A stretch of 64,000 nt of DNA, taken from assembly GCA_049472395.1 (NCBI GenBank), contig JBLIRR010000012.1, positions 55,777 to 119,776 on the forward strand. The letters are read 5' to 3'. Below the pieces are notes generated by a model. That model was not told the DNA's origin and searched no databases. It saw nothing but the letters and a program-made list of their open reading frames with translations. This document shows positions 40,401 to 50,054 of the stretch, piece after piece. Both the position numbers and the translations under genes were made by a program. The first letter of the stretch is position 1. Each line of letters begins with the position of its first letter. Source of the DNA: a bacterium (GTDB taxonomy: Bacteria > SZUA-182 > DTGQ01 > JBLIRR01).

Positions 40401-41215
40401 AAGAGTATAATGAAAAGGGTGCATCCGTGGAACTTCGATTATATAGATCCTCTGAAGAAGCGTACACAGCAACACAGAAAGGTTTAAAGACCCTTTATAT
40501 GATTCAATTTGCCATCCAGTTGAAAAGCTTTAAAAAAGACTGGGAATTCCCTGATAGCTGGAGAGAGCATTGTCGATCATTCGGGGATATACAAAAATTT
40601 AATGAAATGCTCTTTCATTTTATAGTGGATGAGATATTTCGAATAGATAATCCGAAAATACCAAGTAAAGAGGAATTTGAGGAAACAATTGAACATATAC
40701 GCAGTATATTTATCTCTAAGGCAAGGGAAATTATCAACCTTATACAAACTTTGTTAAAACAGCATCGCAGTACCCTTTATACGATAAAACATTTTGCCAC
40801 CCTGGCCTCGGCAAACCACGTTTTGGATCATCTGTTTACACAACTCACCAGTGATGTGAAGCAGCTTGCGCCCAGCCATTTTCTTACCCTCTATAATTTT
40901 GATCGTATGAAAGAGATTCCTCGATATTTAAAAGCTATCGAGGTCAGGGCCCAGCGCGCTTACGTATCCTTCCAAAAAGATAGTAAGAAAGCGCGCAGTT
41001 ATGCTGTTCACCAGAATAATCTTACGGCTGTCACGCAAGAATTGAAGCAGTCTAAGGTCTCATCGCCTCAGCGTATAAAACTCATTAATGAATACCGCTG
41101 GATGATAGAAGAATATAAGGTCTCACTGTTTGCCCCGGAGCTTAAGACTCCTTTTTCGATCTCGGATAAACGTCTTATGCAAAAATGGCAACAAATCCAG
41201 CACTGCTTCCCCTAG
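37433..41215 (+). CDS. hrpA: ATP-dependent RNA helicase HrpA (DEAH-box)
   Basis: Walker A GETGSGKTTQ, DEAH motif (IIIDEAHERS), helicase C and HrpA C-terminal region; about 1260 aa; GTG start. Confidence 0.9.
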   Translation: MLRNNEYRGKIKYPANLPIVHKKDEIIKAIRRHRVVVISGETGSGKTTQIPKFCLEAGFGRKGIIGCTQPRRIAASSVAQRVTSELDSLGNGLVGYKIRFRDTTHSSTVIKFMTDGILLAETQSDPMLRSYDIIIIDEAHERSLNIDFLLGILRNLICQRQHLKLIVTSATIDTEKFSHYFDDAPIVEISGKLYPVEIRNKPLDHALEESGEITYIDQAAAAVDELREEDCEGNMLIFMPSERDIWETVQKLRGRNYHHTIILPLFGRLSSADQQRIFASTKEQKIIVSTNIAETSITIPGIKYVIDTGLARISHYNPRLRIQTLPIKNISKSSADQRRGRCGRVKAGVCIRLYSQDEYESWPLFTPPEIIRSNLAEVILRMRYLKIEDITHFPFIDSPAQKAIKDGFGILRELGAIDSSDTLTDTGILMARLPLDPRISRMIIEAKKENALREIIIIASALSIQDPRERPAEKQGLADEMHSRFIVPQSDFLTLLKIWDTYHDTLERLKTQNQMRKFCTTHFLSYKRMSEWRDIHEHIYRILKEEGGYSMNKTPAHYDQIHRAILSGLLSNIGQRNMKKAKEKNAYNATKGKEVMIFPGSGQFGKAGEWIVSAQMVQTSRLFARTIATINSEWIEALADGLCKVTYYDPHWEKERGEVVAYQQKSLYGLIIVPKRKVSYGGINPEESQKIFIRAALIEGHIKEYFVFFDHNNSIITCIKKMEGKIRRRDLLVDNDTMYNLYAQRLKGICTINGLKKLIRERGGDSFLKMHMNDFLSTIPDAQELAQYPDTLEVGDLLLPLTYRFSPGDEDDGITVTIPLSQMNHLRPEVFDFLVPGLLYEKIIFLLKGLPKLYRKQLIPLQDSAKIIVDLISAKKSQGSLYAILTAIIYDQYRVKIPFDAWPRTTLLPHLNIRYKVIDLEGKVIGQGRDFYALSKIKIKDDEQWVGACKRWNRPGIVTWDFDNIEEKIAIGHDKNGICHYAYPGLYAHKEYNEKGASVELRLYRSSEEAYTATQKGLKTLYMIQFAIQLKSFKKDWEFPDSWREHCRSFGDIQKFNEMLFHFIVDEIFRIDNPKIPSKEEFEETIEHIRSIFISKAREIINLIQTLLKQHRSTLYTIKHFATLASANHVLDHLFTQLTSDVKQLAPSHFLTLYNFDRMKEIPRYLKAIEVRAQRAYVSFQKDSKKARSYAVHQNNLTAVTQELKQSKVSSPQRIKLINEYRWMIEEYKVSLFAPELKTPFSISDKRLMQKWQQIQHCFP

Positions 41216-41288
41216 CCCTTCATTTTTGGCATACCAAAATTAGAATTGATGTAATAATTGTTTTTAATAAGAAAATGTAGAAAAAATA

Positions 41289-41317
41289 TTGACAAAACAT
41301 TAATTTTTTGTTATAAT
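41289..41317 (+). promoter_or_regulatory. Perfect consensus sigma-70 promoter
   Basis: TTGACA (41289-41294), 17-nt spacer, TATAAT (41312-41317); about 180 nt upstream of the large gene at 41501. Confidence 0.6.
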
Positions 41318-41500
41318 AGAAAGCCTTTTCTATTAGTATGTCGTAGAAATACTCAAAGGGAGGGGGTGTAAATGTAAGATTTAAAAGAAAGATAAAGACT
41401 CACTATACTCTATGCGTGCATTAATCCTTATTTTCTACTAGTCTTTATCTTTGAATTCTATTATAAGGTATATTTTTAAATTATTCAAGGGGGGGAGAAA

Positions 41501-44500
41501 ATGAAAAAGTTTAAAAGAGCATATTTTACAAGTTTTATAATTATCTCTTTATTATTGTGTGGATTAATATCCCGTGTAAATAATGTCCGAGCTGACGATA
41601 ATGTGTTTAATTATGATATTGGGGATTATCAGTGGGCACCCGGCTTCGGGTGGGGTGGATGGTCCACACGGGGGAGTTCTCCCAATGATGCGTGGGGCTC
41701 TTCAACGTTCTCTTCTTTTGATTTTTCACCAGGAAATAAGTTCGGGGGCTTTTTTACTAATATCTTAAGTGAACTTGTCTGTCCTTATGTGCCGGGTGTA
41801 ACGCTCGGCCCTTGGGTTACTTGCCCTCCGACTCCATCTCCCCCTCCTTGGCCCTCACCCGGCGAAGAGAATGAGGTATTTAGCAAAGAATATGAAATAT
41901 CGAAAGGTAAATATGGATACGGATGGGACTATTGTTGGGGTGGAAATTGTGGCACAACAGTTGATTCTTCAATGAGTGCAACAGATACTTTTTCTGTTCC
42001 CGAAAAAGGTATTTATTATGTAAGGATTTACAATGGCGGAGAAGCAAGTTATAAAGGTGACCGTGTATCCTCCGGTGAGATAAAAATCAATAATAAGAAG
42101 GTAATAAAAAGTAATGATTTTAACAAGAACGAGACATTCATTGAAGTTCAATTAGAGTTAAAAAAGGGGATAAATACGCTCTATGTAAAGATAAATGGAG
42201 CCCCGGGTGCTTTTATAGTGGTGAAGATAGTCAAGATAGTGGAACCTGTGCCTCCCCCTGTCATTGAATTCGAGGACGCAAAACTTGAGGCTGCGGTTCG
42301 CGCTGCTCTTGGAATTGGAAAGAATGAGCCTCTCACAGAGGACCTTCTTCTTGGTCTCACTGATTTATATGTGGATTCACTGGGTATTAAAAAACTTGGA
42401 GGGATAGAGTATTGCACAAATCTTGAATTTCTTAGCGCCTCGGATAATAAAATAAGTGACGTGGGTCCTCTCGCATTCCTTCATAATCTCATATGGCTCC
42501 ATCTTGCGCGAAACAATATCTCCAATGTAAGCGCATTGGAATATCTTACTGAGCTTGAGTGGCTCAATGTATCCAATAATACAATAACCAGCTTATTTCC
42601 CCTTATAGATTGTGATAATCTAGAGTGGCTCAATCTTTCCAATAATCCTATCAATCCTTATGATTTAAGTGATTTATCTCATATAGATCATTTATATTTT
42701 ACTAATGATCCGGCTGTCTATGATAGAACCACAGGAATGATGGCGACTGATTCGCGTGATGATAATTTTACGTTTACCTTTGAAGATCTCCTTGCGCATC
42801 CGGCAGATAGCGCTACCTTGACGCTCACTATCGAAGGAGATGTCGATGAATCGCGAGAGTATTTGAGTGTGTATTCGGGAAATCGCGATTTGGGTGATAT
42901 TTTTAAGAGCGGAAATCTAAAAGAATGTGATGGATTTAATGAGGCACAGATAGAAATTACTCCAGATGATCTGGAGTCCTTAATGCATAAGGGGAAAATT
43001 ACCTTTACTTTAATACCATCGAATTATGTTGATTTCAGTGAGTGTCATCTAAGAGCTTATCTGCGATTGGAATATGAAAGACAAGCGGTTGTTAAGCAGT
43101 ATGTTTTTGGTGATGAAACCGGAACCGCAACCTCCGATGGTGATCCTCTATCCTTTACCTATAAAGATATTCCTTTAGATCCACTCCATAATGTCAATTT
43201 AATTGTCAATGTCAATGGCGATGTGGGAAATCCCAGTGAGTATATTACGGTTAAGGCAGGCACTACGAAACTCGGAGATGTATATAAAACTGGGGGTCTT
43301 TTAGACTGCAGTGGATTTTATGAAGAAGTCATTCAAATAACCAAGGAACAGGTACAATCATTAACCACCGATGGAAAGATTACCTTTACCCTCGTGCCAT
43401 CGAGCGCTGTCGGGTATAGTGCGTGCAATCTGAGCGCTTATCTGAAACTTGAGTATGTATCGTATGTTTTTGGCCAGGAAACTGATACTATACTATCGGA
43501 CGGAGGACTATCCTTTACGTATAGAGATATTCCGGAAGACCCGGTTCGTGGCTGTATTTTAGAATTGAATGTTGAGGGTGATTTGGATAGTAGCAATGAA
43601 TATATCACTGTGAAAGCAGGAAGTACAATAATCGGACAGGTATATAAAGACGGAGATCCTAAGGAATGTAATGGTTTTAATGAAGAGCAGCTTGAAATAA
43701 GCGCAAGTAAGTTACAATCATTAACCAGTGGCGGAGAGATTACCTTTACATTAGTGCCATCGAGCGCTGTCGGATTTGGCACCTGTGATCTAAGTGTATA
43801 TGCAAGATTGGCATATGAAAGTGAGCCGCCCGTTACTCCCTTTCTGTTTGGTAAGCAAACTCCTACGGTAAATTCTGATGAGGGAGGAGTGTCCTTTACC
43901 TATAGTGGAATTCCTGTAGATCCTCTTCATGCGGTGAATCTTATTGTCAAAGCAAAGGGAGATTTGGGAGGTACCAATGAATATATTACTGTGAAAGCAG
44001 GCACGATCGTGCTTGGGAATTTATATAATACTCAAGGCCAGACAGACTGCGGTGAGCTCAAAGAAGAACAGATAACCATAAGCAAGGATGAATTGAAGTC
44101 CCTCACCACTTATGGTAAGATTACTTTTACATTGGTTCCCTCCAGTGCGGTGAGCTATGGTTCATGTGATCTGAGTGTAAATGTTAAGCTTGACTATGTA
44201 TCCTATGCTTTTGGGGAAGCAAGTGCTACGGTGTCATCTGATGGTGCATTATTTTTTACATTCAGAGAAATTCCGGCCAATCCTCAGCATCCTGTCAAAG
44301 TGGTTGTCAAAGCAAAGGGGGATTTGGGTGCCACGAATGAATACCTCACGATAAAAGCGGGTAGTACTGAACTTGGAAATTTATATACAACCTCCGACCA
44401 GACAGACTGTGGTGATTTTAAAGAAGTATCCATAACCTTGAGTAAGGATAAGGTGAAGTCCCTTGCGATTGATAATAAGATAACTTTTACATTGGTTCCA

Positions 44501-46432
44501 TCGAGCGCTGTCGGTTATGGTTCTTGTGATTTAAGTGCCAATTTAACACTCGTATATGAAAGTGAGCCACCCGTTCCTACCTATATTATTGGCGAAACAA
44601 CAGCGACAGTAAATTCCGATGGTGATGTAATATCTTTTACTTACGAGGAAATTCCTTCAAATCCGCTCCGTAATCTTACTATCATTGTCAAAGCAAAGGG
44701 GGATTTGGGCGACACGAATGAGTATATCACCTTAAAAGCAGGCGCCACTATACTTGCGGATTTGTATAGAGCACCTGATCTAGTAGATTGTGGCGAATTT
44801 GAAGAAGAGAAGATAATCATAAGTAAGAGTATGGTGCAATCCTTAACAGTGAATGGGCAGATTACCTTTTCATTAGTGCCATCTGGTGCGGTGAGTTATG
44901 GCACATGTGATCTAAGTGCGAATCTCACACTGGTATATGTAGGTGAACCCTCTATAGTGCCCGGTGTGTTTGGCAAGAAAACAGCCACGGCGACATCCGA
45001 CCAAGAACTCTCCTTTGCCTATAATGATGTTCCTGCGAATCCGCTTGAGAATTGTATCTTATCTGTTTTTTTCAAAGGGGATGTAGATCATTCCAGTGAA
45101 TTTATCACTGTCAAAGCGGGAAGTACTGTGCTCGGGTATTTATATAAAACAGGGAACCCAACGAGCTGTGATGTGTTTAATGAGGGGCAAATATTCATAA
45201 GTAAAAGTGCATTAAAGAACATGACAACCAACGGGGAAATAACCTTTACCTTAATCCCCTCTGCAGAGGTTAATATTTGCGATTCAAGCGCCTATATAAA
45301 ACTTGCATATGAAAGCCAACCCCCCGATACTACCTCTGTGTTTGGCAAGAAGACAGCAACGGTGACATCCGATGGTGTAATATCTTTTACCTATAGAGAG
45401 GTTCCTGCCCATCCACTCGATAATTGTATTTTATCCGTTTATTTCAAAGGGGATATAGATCAACCCAGTGAATATATCACTGTCACAGCAGGGGGGACTG
45501 AGCTTGAGGATTTGTATGCAACGGGAAATCCAACGAGTTGTGATGTGTTTAATGAAGGGCAAATATTCATAAGCAAAAGTGCATTAAAGAACATGACAAC
45601 CGACGGGGAAATAACCTTTACCTTAATTCCCTCTGAAGAAGTTAATTATTGTGATTCAAGCGCCTATATAAAACTTACATATGAAAATTACCTTCCTCCT
45701 GATTCATGTGTATTTGGACAAAAAACCCCCATCATGATCTTTGAGAATGAACTCTCCTTTATTTATAAGGGAATTCCTTCATCCCCGCATGATGACGTTA
45801 TCTTAATTCTTAATGCAGATGGGGATTTAGGCAGTACCAATGAGTTTATTACCGTGAAAGCAGGTGATACCGTGCTTGGCGATATATATAGAACCGCAGG
45901 TCTGACAGATTGCAGTGGACTCAAAGAGGATATTATAACAATTGGGAAGGATGAACTGGCTTCGCTCACAACAAATGGTGAAATAACATTTACATTAATT
46001 CCTTCCGGCGCGGTGAGTTATGTCTCGTGTGATCTGAGGATTTCTGCAGAACTCACATATGTATCCTATATATTTGGTGAGCAGACACCGACGGAGACCT
46101 CGGAGGGTTCAATATCTTTTAACTACAGAGGGATTCCTTCAGATTTGCTTGATGATGTCATTTTAATTGTCAACGCAGATGGAGATTTGGGTAAAAGCTA
46201 TGAGTTTATTACCGTGAAAGTAGGGAGTATAGAGCTTGGAGATTTATATAATACGGAGACTCTCACAGACTGCAGTGGATTTCATGAAGGATTTATAAAT
46301 ATTACCAAGGATGAATTGAAATCTTTAGCCACCGAAGATGGGAAGATTACATTTACATTAGTCCCATCGATTGCTGTTGATTTCAGTTCTTGTCCCCTAA
46401 GGGCCAATGTAATCCTCGACTATCAATCATAG
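41501..46432 (+). CDS. Giant secreted repeat protein: signal peptide, LRR region, about ten tandem ~120-aa Cys-containing repeats
   Basis: Signal peptide; Gly/Trp-rich N-terminal region; leucine-rich repeats (LxxLxLxxNxIS pattern); tandem units each with ITFTLVPS, EYITVKAG and two conserved Cys; GGGGGGAG RBS. Confidence 0.85.
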   Translation: MKKFKRAYFTSFIIISLLLCGLISRVNNVRADDNVFNYDIGDYQWAPGFGWGGWSTRGSSPNDAWGSSTFSSFDFSPGNKFGGFFTNILSELVCPYVPGVTLGPWVTCPPTPSPPPWPSPGEENEVFSKEYEISKGKYGYGWDYCWGGNCGTTVDSSMSATDTFSVPEKGIYYVRIYNGGEASYKGDRVSSGEIKINNKKVIKSNDFNKNETFIEVQLELKKGINTLYVKINGAPGAFIVVKIVKIVEPVPPPVIEFEDAKLEAAVRAALGIGKNEPLTEDLLLGLTDLYVDSLGIKKLGGIEYCTNLEFLSASDNKISDVGPLAFLHNLIWLHLARNNISNVSALEYLTELEWLNVSNNTITSLFPLIDCDNLEWLNLSNNPINPYDLSDLSHIDHLYFTNDPAVYDRTTGMMATDSRDDNFTFTFEDLLAHPADSATLTLTIEGDVDESREYLSVYSGNRDLGDIFKSGNLKECDGFNEAQIEITPDDLESLMHKGKITFTLIPSNYVDFSECHLRAYLRLEYERQAVVKQYVFGDETGTATSDGDPLSFTYKDIPLDPLHNVNLIVNVNGDVGNPSEYITVKAGTTKLGDVYKTGGLLDCSGFYEEVIQITKEQVQSLTTDGKITFTLVPSSAVGYSACNLSAYLKLEYVSYVFGQETDTILSDGGLSFTYRDIPEDPVRGCILELNVEGDLDSSNEYITVKAGSTIIGQVYKDGDPKECNGFNEEQLEISASKLQSLTSGGEITFTLVPSSAVGFGTCDLSVYARLAYESEPPVTPFLFGKQTPTVNSDEGGVSFTYSGIPVDPLHAVNLIVKAKGDLGGTNEYITVKAGTIVLGNLYNTQGQTDCGELKEEQITISKDELKSLTTYGKITFTLVPSSAVSYGSCDLSVNVKLDYVSYAFGEASATVSSDGALFFTFREIPANPQHPVKVVVKAKGDLGATNEYLTIKAGSTELGNLYTTSDQTDCGDFKEVSITLSKDKVKSLAIDNKITFTLVPSSAVGYGSCDLSANLTLVYESEPPVPTYIIGETTATVNSDGDVISFTYEEIPSNPLRNLTIIVKAKGDLGDTNEYITLKAGATILADLYRAPDLVDCGEFEEEKIIISKSMVQSLTVNGQITFSLVPSGAVSYGTCDLSANLTLVYVGEPSIVPGVFGKKTATATSDQELSFAYNDVPANPLENCILSVFFKGDVDHSSEFITVKAGSTVLGYLYKTGNPTSCDVFNEGQIFISKSALKNMTTNGEITFTLIPSAEVNICDSSAYIKLAYESQPPDTTSVFGKKTATVTSDGVISFTYREVPAHPLDNCILSVYFKGDIDQPSEYITVTAGGTELEDLYATGNPTSCDVFNEGQIFISKSALKNMTTDGEITFTLIPSEEVNYCDSSAYIKLTYENYLPPDSCVFGQKTPIMIFENELSFIYKGIPSSPHDDVILILNADGDLGSTNEFITVKAGDTVLGDIYRTAGLTDCSGLKEDIITIGKDELASLTTNGEITFTLIPSGAVSYVSCDLRISAELTYVSYIFGEQTPTETSEGSISFNYRGIPSDLLDDVILIVNADGDLGKSYEFITVKVGSIELGDLYNTETLTDCSGFHEGFINITKDELKSLATEDGKITFTLVPSIAVDFSSCPLRANVILDYQS
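42760..46432 (+). repeat. Tandem array of about ten diverged ~360-bp coding repeats
   Basis: Recurring protein motifs imply a ~360-bp DNA period; two adjacent units are ~95% identical over ~120 nt (near 45150 and 45510). Confidence 0.75.
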
Positions 46433-46562
46433 GGAATGTAGAATTGTTTTTTATTTTGCCTTTGTAAAGTTCATTTCAATATATTATAATACACACTTAA
46501 TTATATGGTATGTGAAAAATGGGATAATTTTTTAACAGAGTGGCAGAATTATACAAACAATA

Positions 46563-47594
46563 GTGAAAAAAAATAGCTTGCTCGCGTGGAAAAACTTACT
46601 CGCCTTTGCGATCAGTTGTGTGTGCCTCTTTTTTTTTCTAAGAAATATAGTCTTTATAGAGGTATACTATGCGCTCAAACAGGTTGATTACCGATGGTTG
46701 CCTTTGATTGTTCTTGCTATTTGGTTGTCTATTGTGTTTCGAGCCTTTCGTTGGCAAATTTTACTCCAGAAGATCAAAAACATCTCCGTAATCAGGTTAT
46801 ATCATATGTGGGCGATAGGACTCATGATAAACTGTATCCTGCCTGCCAGGATTGGGGATGTTATTAAAGCATGGGTATTGAGCCAAAAAGAACAGATATC
46901 CGTTTCTGCCCCTTTAGCAACAGTGGTTGTTGAACGTCTCTATGATTTATGCACGGTTATTCTGATTCTCTCTGTGGTATTAACAACCTATACATTTCCA
47001 GCAGATCAGACGTATAACTGGAAAGGCATAGAGTATCCTATAGGCACCTTATTCAGAAAGATCGGAATAAGCTTCTTCCTGGTGGCTTTGGCTGCTACTG
47101 TAGTATTGGGAATATTAGCATATTTCCCAGTTAAACAAAGAACAAAAGTATTAGATATTTTCCCCGTCATGATTAGAGAGCGCCTTGAGCATTTACTTTC
47201 TTCGTTTATATGTGGGCTTGATATTTTTAAAAGACCACTATCCGCGCTCTTAGCTGGTGCATGGAGTCTCGCTGTGTGGTATGTGATTATGTTGTGCATA
47301 TACTTTCTTTTTAGAGGTTTTTCTTTGAACGTAGGCATTCTTGGATCATTTTTGCTCATGTCTGCTTTGGGATTATGTGTTGCTTTGCCACAAGCACCGG
47401 GATTTATAGGTGTTTTTCATTTAGCAACAGAAATTGTATTAGTAAAATGTTTTGGCATAGACAGGGCGAGTGCACAGGCATTTGCCATTGTTTTATGGGT
47501 TACACAAATAACTCCTCAAATAGCTGCTGGTTTTATTAGCTTGGGTATTGAAGGGGTGAGTTTCAAGAAAATTAGAGAAAGATCAGCCGTATGA
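46563..47594 (+). CDS. UPF0104-family integral membrane protein (lysylphosphatidylglycerol synthase TM-region-like)
   Basis: Multiple TM helices with the family motif FRAFRWQILL; GTG start; 4-nt overlap with the downstream gene. Confidence 0.65.
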   Translation: MKKNSLLAWKNLLAFAISCVCLFFFLRNIVFIEVYYALKQVDYRWLPLIVLAIWLSIVFRAFRWQILLQKIKNISVIRLYHMWAIGLMINCILPARIGDVIKAWVLSQKEQISVSAPLATVVVERLYDLCTVILILSVVLTTYTFPADQTYNWKGIEYPIGTLFRKIGISFFLVALAATVVLGILAYFPVKQRTKVLDIFPVMIRERLEHLLSSFICGLDIFKRPLSALLAGAWSLAVWYVIMLCIYFLFRGFSLNVGILGSFLLMSALGLCVALPQAPGFIGVFHLATEIVLVKCFGIDRASAQAFAIVLWVTQITPQIAAGFISLGIEGVSFKKIRERSAV

Positions 47595-48400
47595 AATTCA
47601 GGCCTTGTATTGATTTACATAATGGTAAGGTAAAACAGATTATCGGCAGTACACTTGGTGCTGATAGTGAGAAATTGGTCGTTAATTATGAGTCACCCAA
47701 ACCTCCCTCCTATTTTGCCAATCTTTATAAACAAGATAAATTAACAGGCGGTCATGTGATAATGCTTGGAAGTGGCAATGAAAAAGCAGCACAGGAGGCC
47801 TTACACGCCTACCATGGTTATTTGCAAATAGGGGGAGGGATAAATTCTGACAATGCATTATATTGGTTGAAACAGGGAGCATGCGCTGTCATTATAACGT
47901 CATATGTCTTTAAAGGGGGGAGGATTAATAGGGAAAATTTACATAAAATAGTAAATATAACCGGCAGAGAACATCTTGTACTTGATCTAAGCTGCAGGCG
48001 AGTGAATGAAAAATATTTTGTGGCAACCGATAAATGGCAAAATATTTCACATGAAGAGATATCCTCGGCTTTACTTGATTATCTCGCTGAATCTTGTGCT
48101 GAGTTTTTGATACATGCAGCTGACAGAGAAGGAAAATGTGAGGGGGTTGAAATTCCTCTTATAGAAAAGTTAGGAAAGTGGGCGCCTATTCCTGTCACAT
48201 ATGCAGGGGGGGTGCGCTCACTAGAGGACCTTGATACCATATACCAAAAAGGCGGGGGAAGGCTTGATGTGACAGTGGGCAGTGCTCTTGATATCTTTGG
48301 CGGCAATGTACCCTACAAAGAGGTGGTAGAATGGCATAAAAAGCACAGTGCAATCGGCGTTGGGGGGGAGGATATGTATGAAAAAAATTTGGGAGATTAA
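47591..48400 (+). CDS. HisA/His6-family TIM-barrel isomerase-like protein
   Basis: N-terminal CIDLHNGKVKQIIG, IGGGINSD, LIHAADREG and VTYAGG motifs typical of ProFAR isomerases, especially the His6 type. Confidence 0.65.
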   Translation: MKFRPCIDLHNGKVKQIIGSTLGADSEKLVVNYESPKPPSYFANLYKQDKLTGGHVIMLGSGNEKAAQEALHAYHGYLQIGGGINSDNALYWLKQGACAVIITSYVFKGGRINRENLHKIVNITGREHLVLDLSCRRVNEKYFVATDKWQNISHEEISSALLDYLAESCAEFLIHAADREGKCEGVEIPLIEKLGKWAPIPVTYAGGVRSLEDLDTIYQKGGGRLDVTVGSALDIFGGNVPYKEVVEWHKKHSAIGVGGEDMYEKNLGD

Positions 48401-50054
48401 GGGAAAATATTCAAAAAACTCGTCAGTGTTCAATGAATTATTAAAGATTCGAGGATTTGATTCAGATGAAAAAATAGACAGATTTTTACATAGTTCTGCA
48501 GGCCATTTGTATTCTCCCTTTTTGTTGAAAGATATTTCGAAAGCTATCGACAGATTATTTTTTGCCCAAAAGAACAATGAATTAGTGATGCTTTATGGCG
48601 ATTATGATGTTGATGGAGTTACCTCTATAGTGCTTTTGGCAAAGCTGCTTCGCTATTTGGAAATCCCCTTTTTTTATTTTCATCCCGATAGATTAACGGA
48701 TGGTTATGGATTTCATAGTCGGGGTGTGAGTATTGCACTATCTCGCGGAGCCAAACTTATTATTACGGCAGATTGTGGTATTTCCGATCATAAAACAGTA
48801 GACTATGCTCAAAGGGTTGGTATTGATGTTATTATTACCGATCATCACTGTCCTGGGGATTCAATTCCTGATGCTTTCGCGGTTATAAATCCGCAAAGGC
48901 GAGATTGTTCATACCCAAACAAGGATCTTGCAGGCGTCGGAGTGGTGTTGAAATTTGTTCAGGGTGTCTTTGAGAAGATGCTGATAGCTCCTTCTCTGGA
49001 GGAATATTTTGAAATAGCCGCTATTGGGACGGTGGCTGATGTTGTCCCCATCATTAATGAGAATAGAACCATCACCAAATTAGGATTGGAAATAATTGGA
49101 TCGCAGCCTATTAATCCAGGCATTAATGCCTTAATAGAAATCGCCGGAATAAAGTCACGAAAGATTAATTGCGGCCATGTAGGATTTCAGATAGGTCCTC
49201 GCTTAAACGCAGCCGGCAGGATTTCCCGGGCAGAACTTGCAACTGAATGTCTCCTTGCTCAAAAGAAAGAGCGGGTCCAGGAACTGGCTTATTATTTGAA
49301 CACAGAGAATATGAAGCGTAAAAAAATTTGTGAGGAAGTGCTGCAGCAAGCACTGGAAAAAATTGAGAGGGATCCACATCTAAGAGAGGGCAAGATTATT
49401 GTATTGTCGGGAGAAGGATGGCATCGGGGAGTTATCGGGATTGTGGCCTCCAAGATCCAATCTATTTATTATAAGCCAATTGTTATAATATCCATTGAAA
49501 AAAATGTAGGACATGGTTCTGCCAGAAGTATCCCTGCTTTTAATATTTTTAATGCACTCCAGAATTTAGATTCGTGGCTCCTGAATTTTGGGGGGCACAG
49601 CCAGGCAGCAGGCATAACAATTGAGACCGATAATATTGAACAATTCAGAGAGAGCATTAACACACTCGCGAATACATCCCTGAGTGAAGATGATATGAAA
49701 GAAAGAGTGGTTGTGGATATGGAAATCGATTGTGGTGCATTTACAGTGGGTACTATTAAGCAGATTGAGCTTATGCAGCCCCATTCAATCGGTAATCCGG
49801 CACCTGTGTTTGCTTCCTTTGGGTGCAAATTGAAATCTTCCCCGCGACGTATAGGGCAACAGGGGGATCATCTGAAATTTCAGGTTTCACACCACGGAAA
49901 GAGCTTTGAATGTGTTTATTGGCAGGCAGGGAATAATCATATAGAAACAAATAAAGGGTACCTCGATATTGCATACACCCCATCTCTCAATGAATGGAAG
50001 GGATACCAAAAGATTCAGTTTGAAATTAAAGATTGCCGGCTATCTAAAAGCTAG
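48378..50054 (+). CDS. recJ: Single-stranded-DNA-specific exonuclease RecJ
   Basis: DHH motifs (LYGDYDVDGVTS, IITDHH) and DHHA1 (GGHSQAAG); start at ATG 48378 with GGGGGAGGA RBS, overlapping the upstream gene's 3' end. Confidence 0.85.
   Translation: MKKIWEIKGKYSKNSSVFNELLKIRGFDSDEKIDRFLHSSAGHLYSPFLLKDISKAIDRLFFAQKNNELVMLYGDYDVDGVTSIVLLAKLLRYLEIPFFYFHPDRLTDGYGFHSRGVSIALSRGAKLIITADCGISDHKTVDYAQRVGIDVIITDHHCPGDSIPDAFAVINPQRRDCSYPNKDLAGVGVVLKFVQGVFEKMLIAPSLEEYFEIAAIGTVADVVPIINENRTITKLGLEIIGSQPINPGINALIEIAGIKSRKINCGHVGFQIGPRLNAAGRISRAELATECLLAQKKERVQELAYYLNTENMKRKKICEEVLQQALEKIERDPHLREGKIIVLSGEGWHRGVIGIVASKIQSIYYKPIVIISIEKNVGHGSARSIPAFNIFNALQNLDSWLLNFGGHSQAAGITIETDNIEQFRESINTLANTSLSEDDMKERVVVDMEIDCGAFTVGTIKQIELMQPHSIGNPAPVFASFGCKLKSSPRRIGQQGDHLKFQVSHHGKSFECVYWQAGNNHIETNKGYLDIAYTPSLNEWKGYQKIQFEIKDCRLSKS

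Noticed and set aside
46433-46562. Possible sigma-54 promoter (TGGCAG...TACAA) upstream of the UPF0104 gene
   Set aside because: The -12 element does not match GC at the required spacing. I found no convincing TGGCAC-N5-TTGCA element anywhere in the window by eye, though a formal position-weight-matrix scan is still needed.
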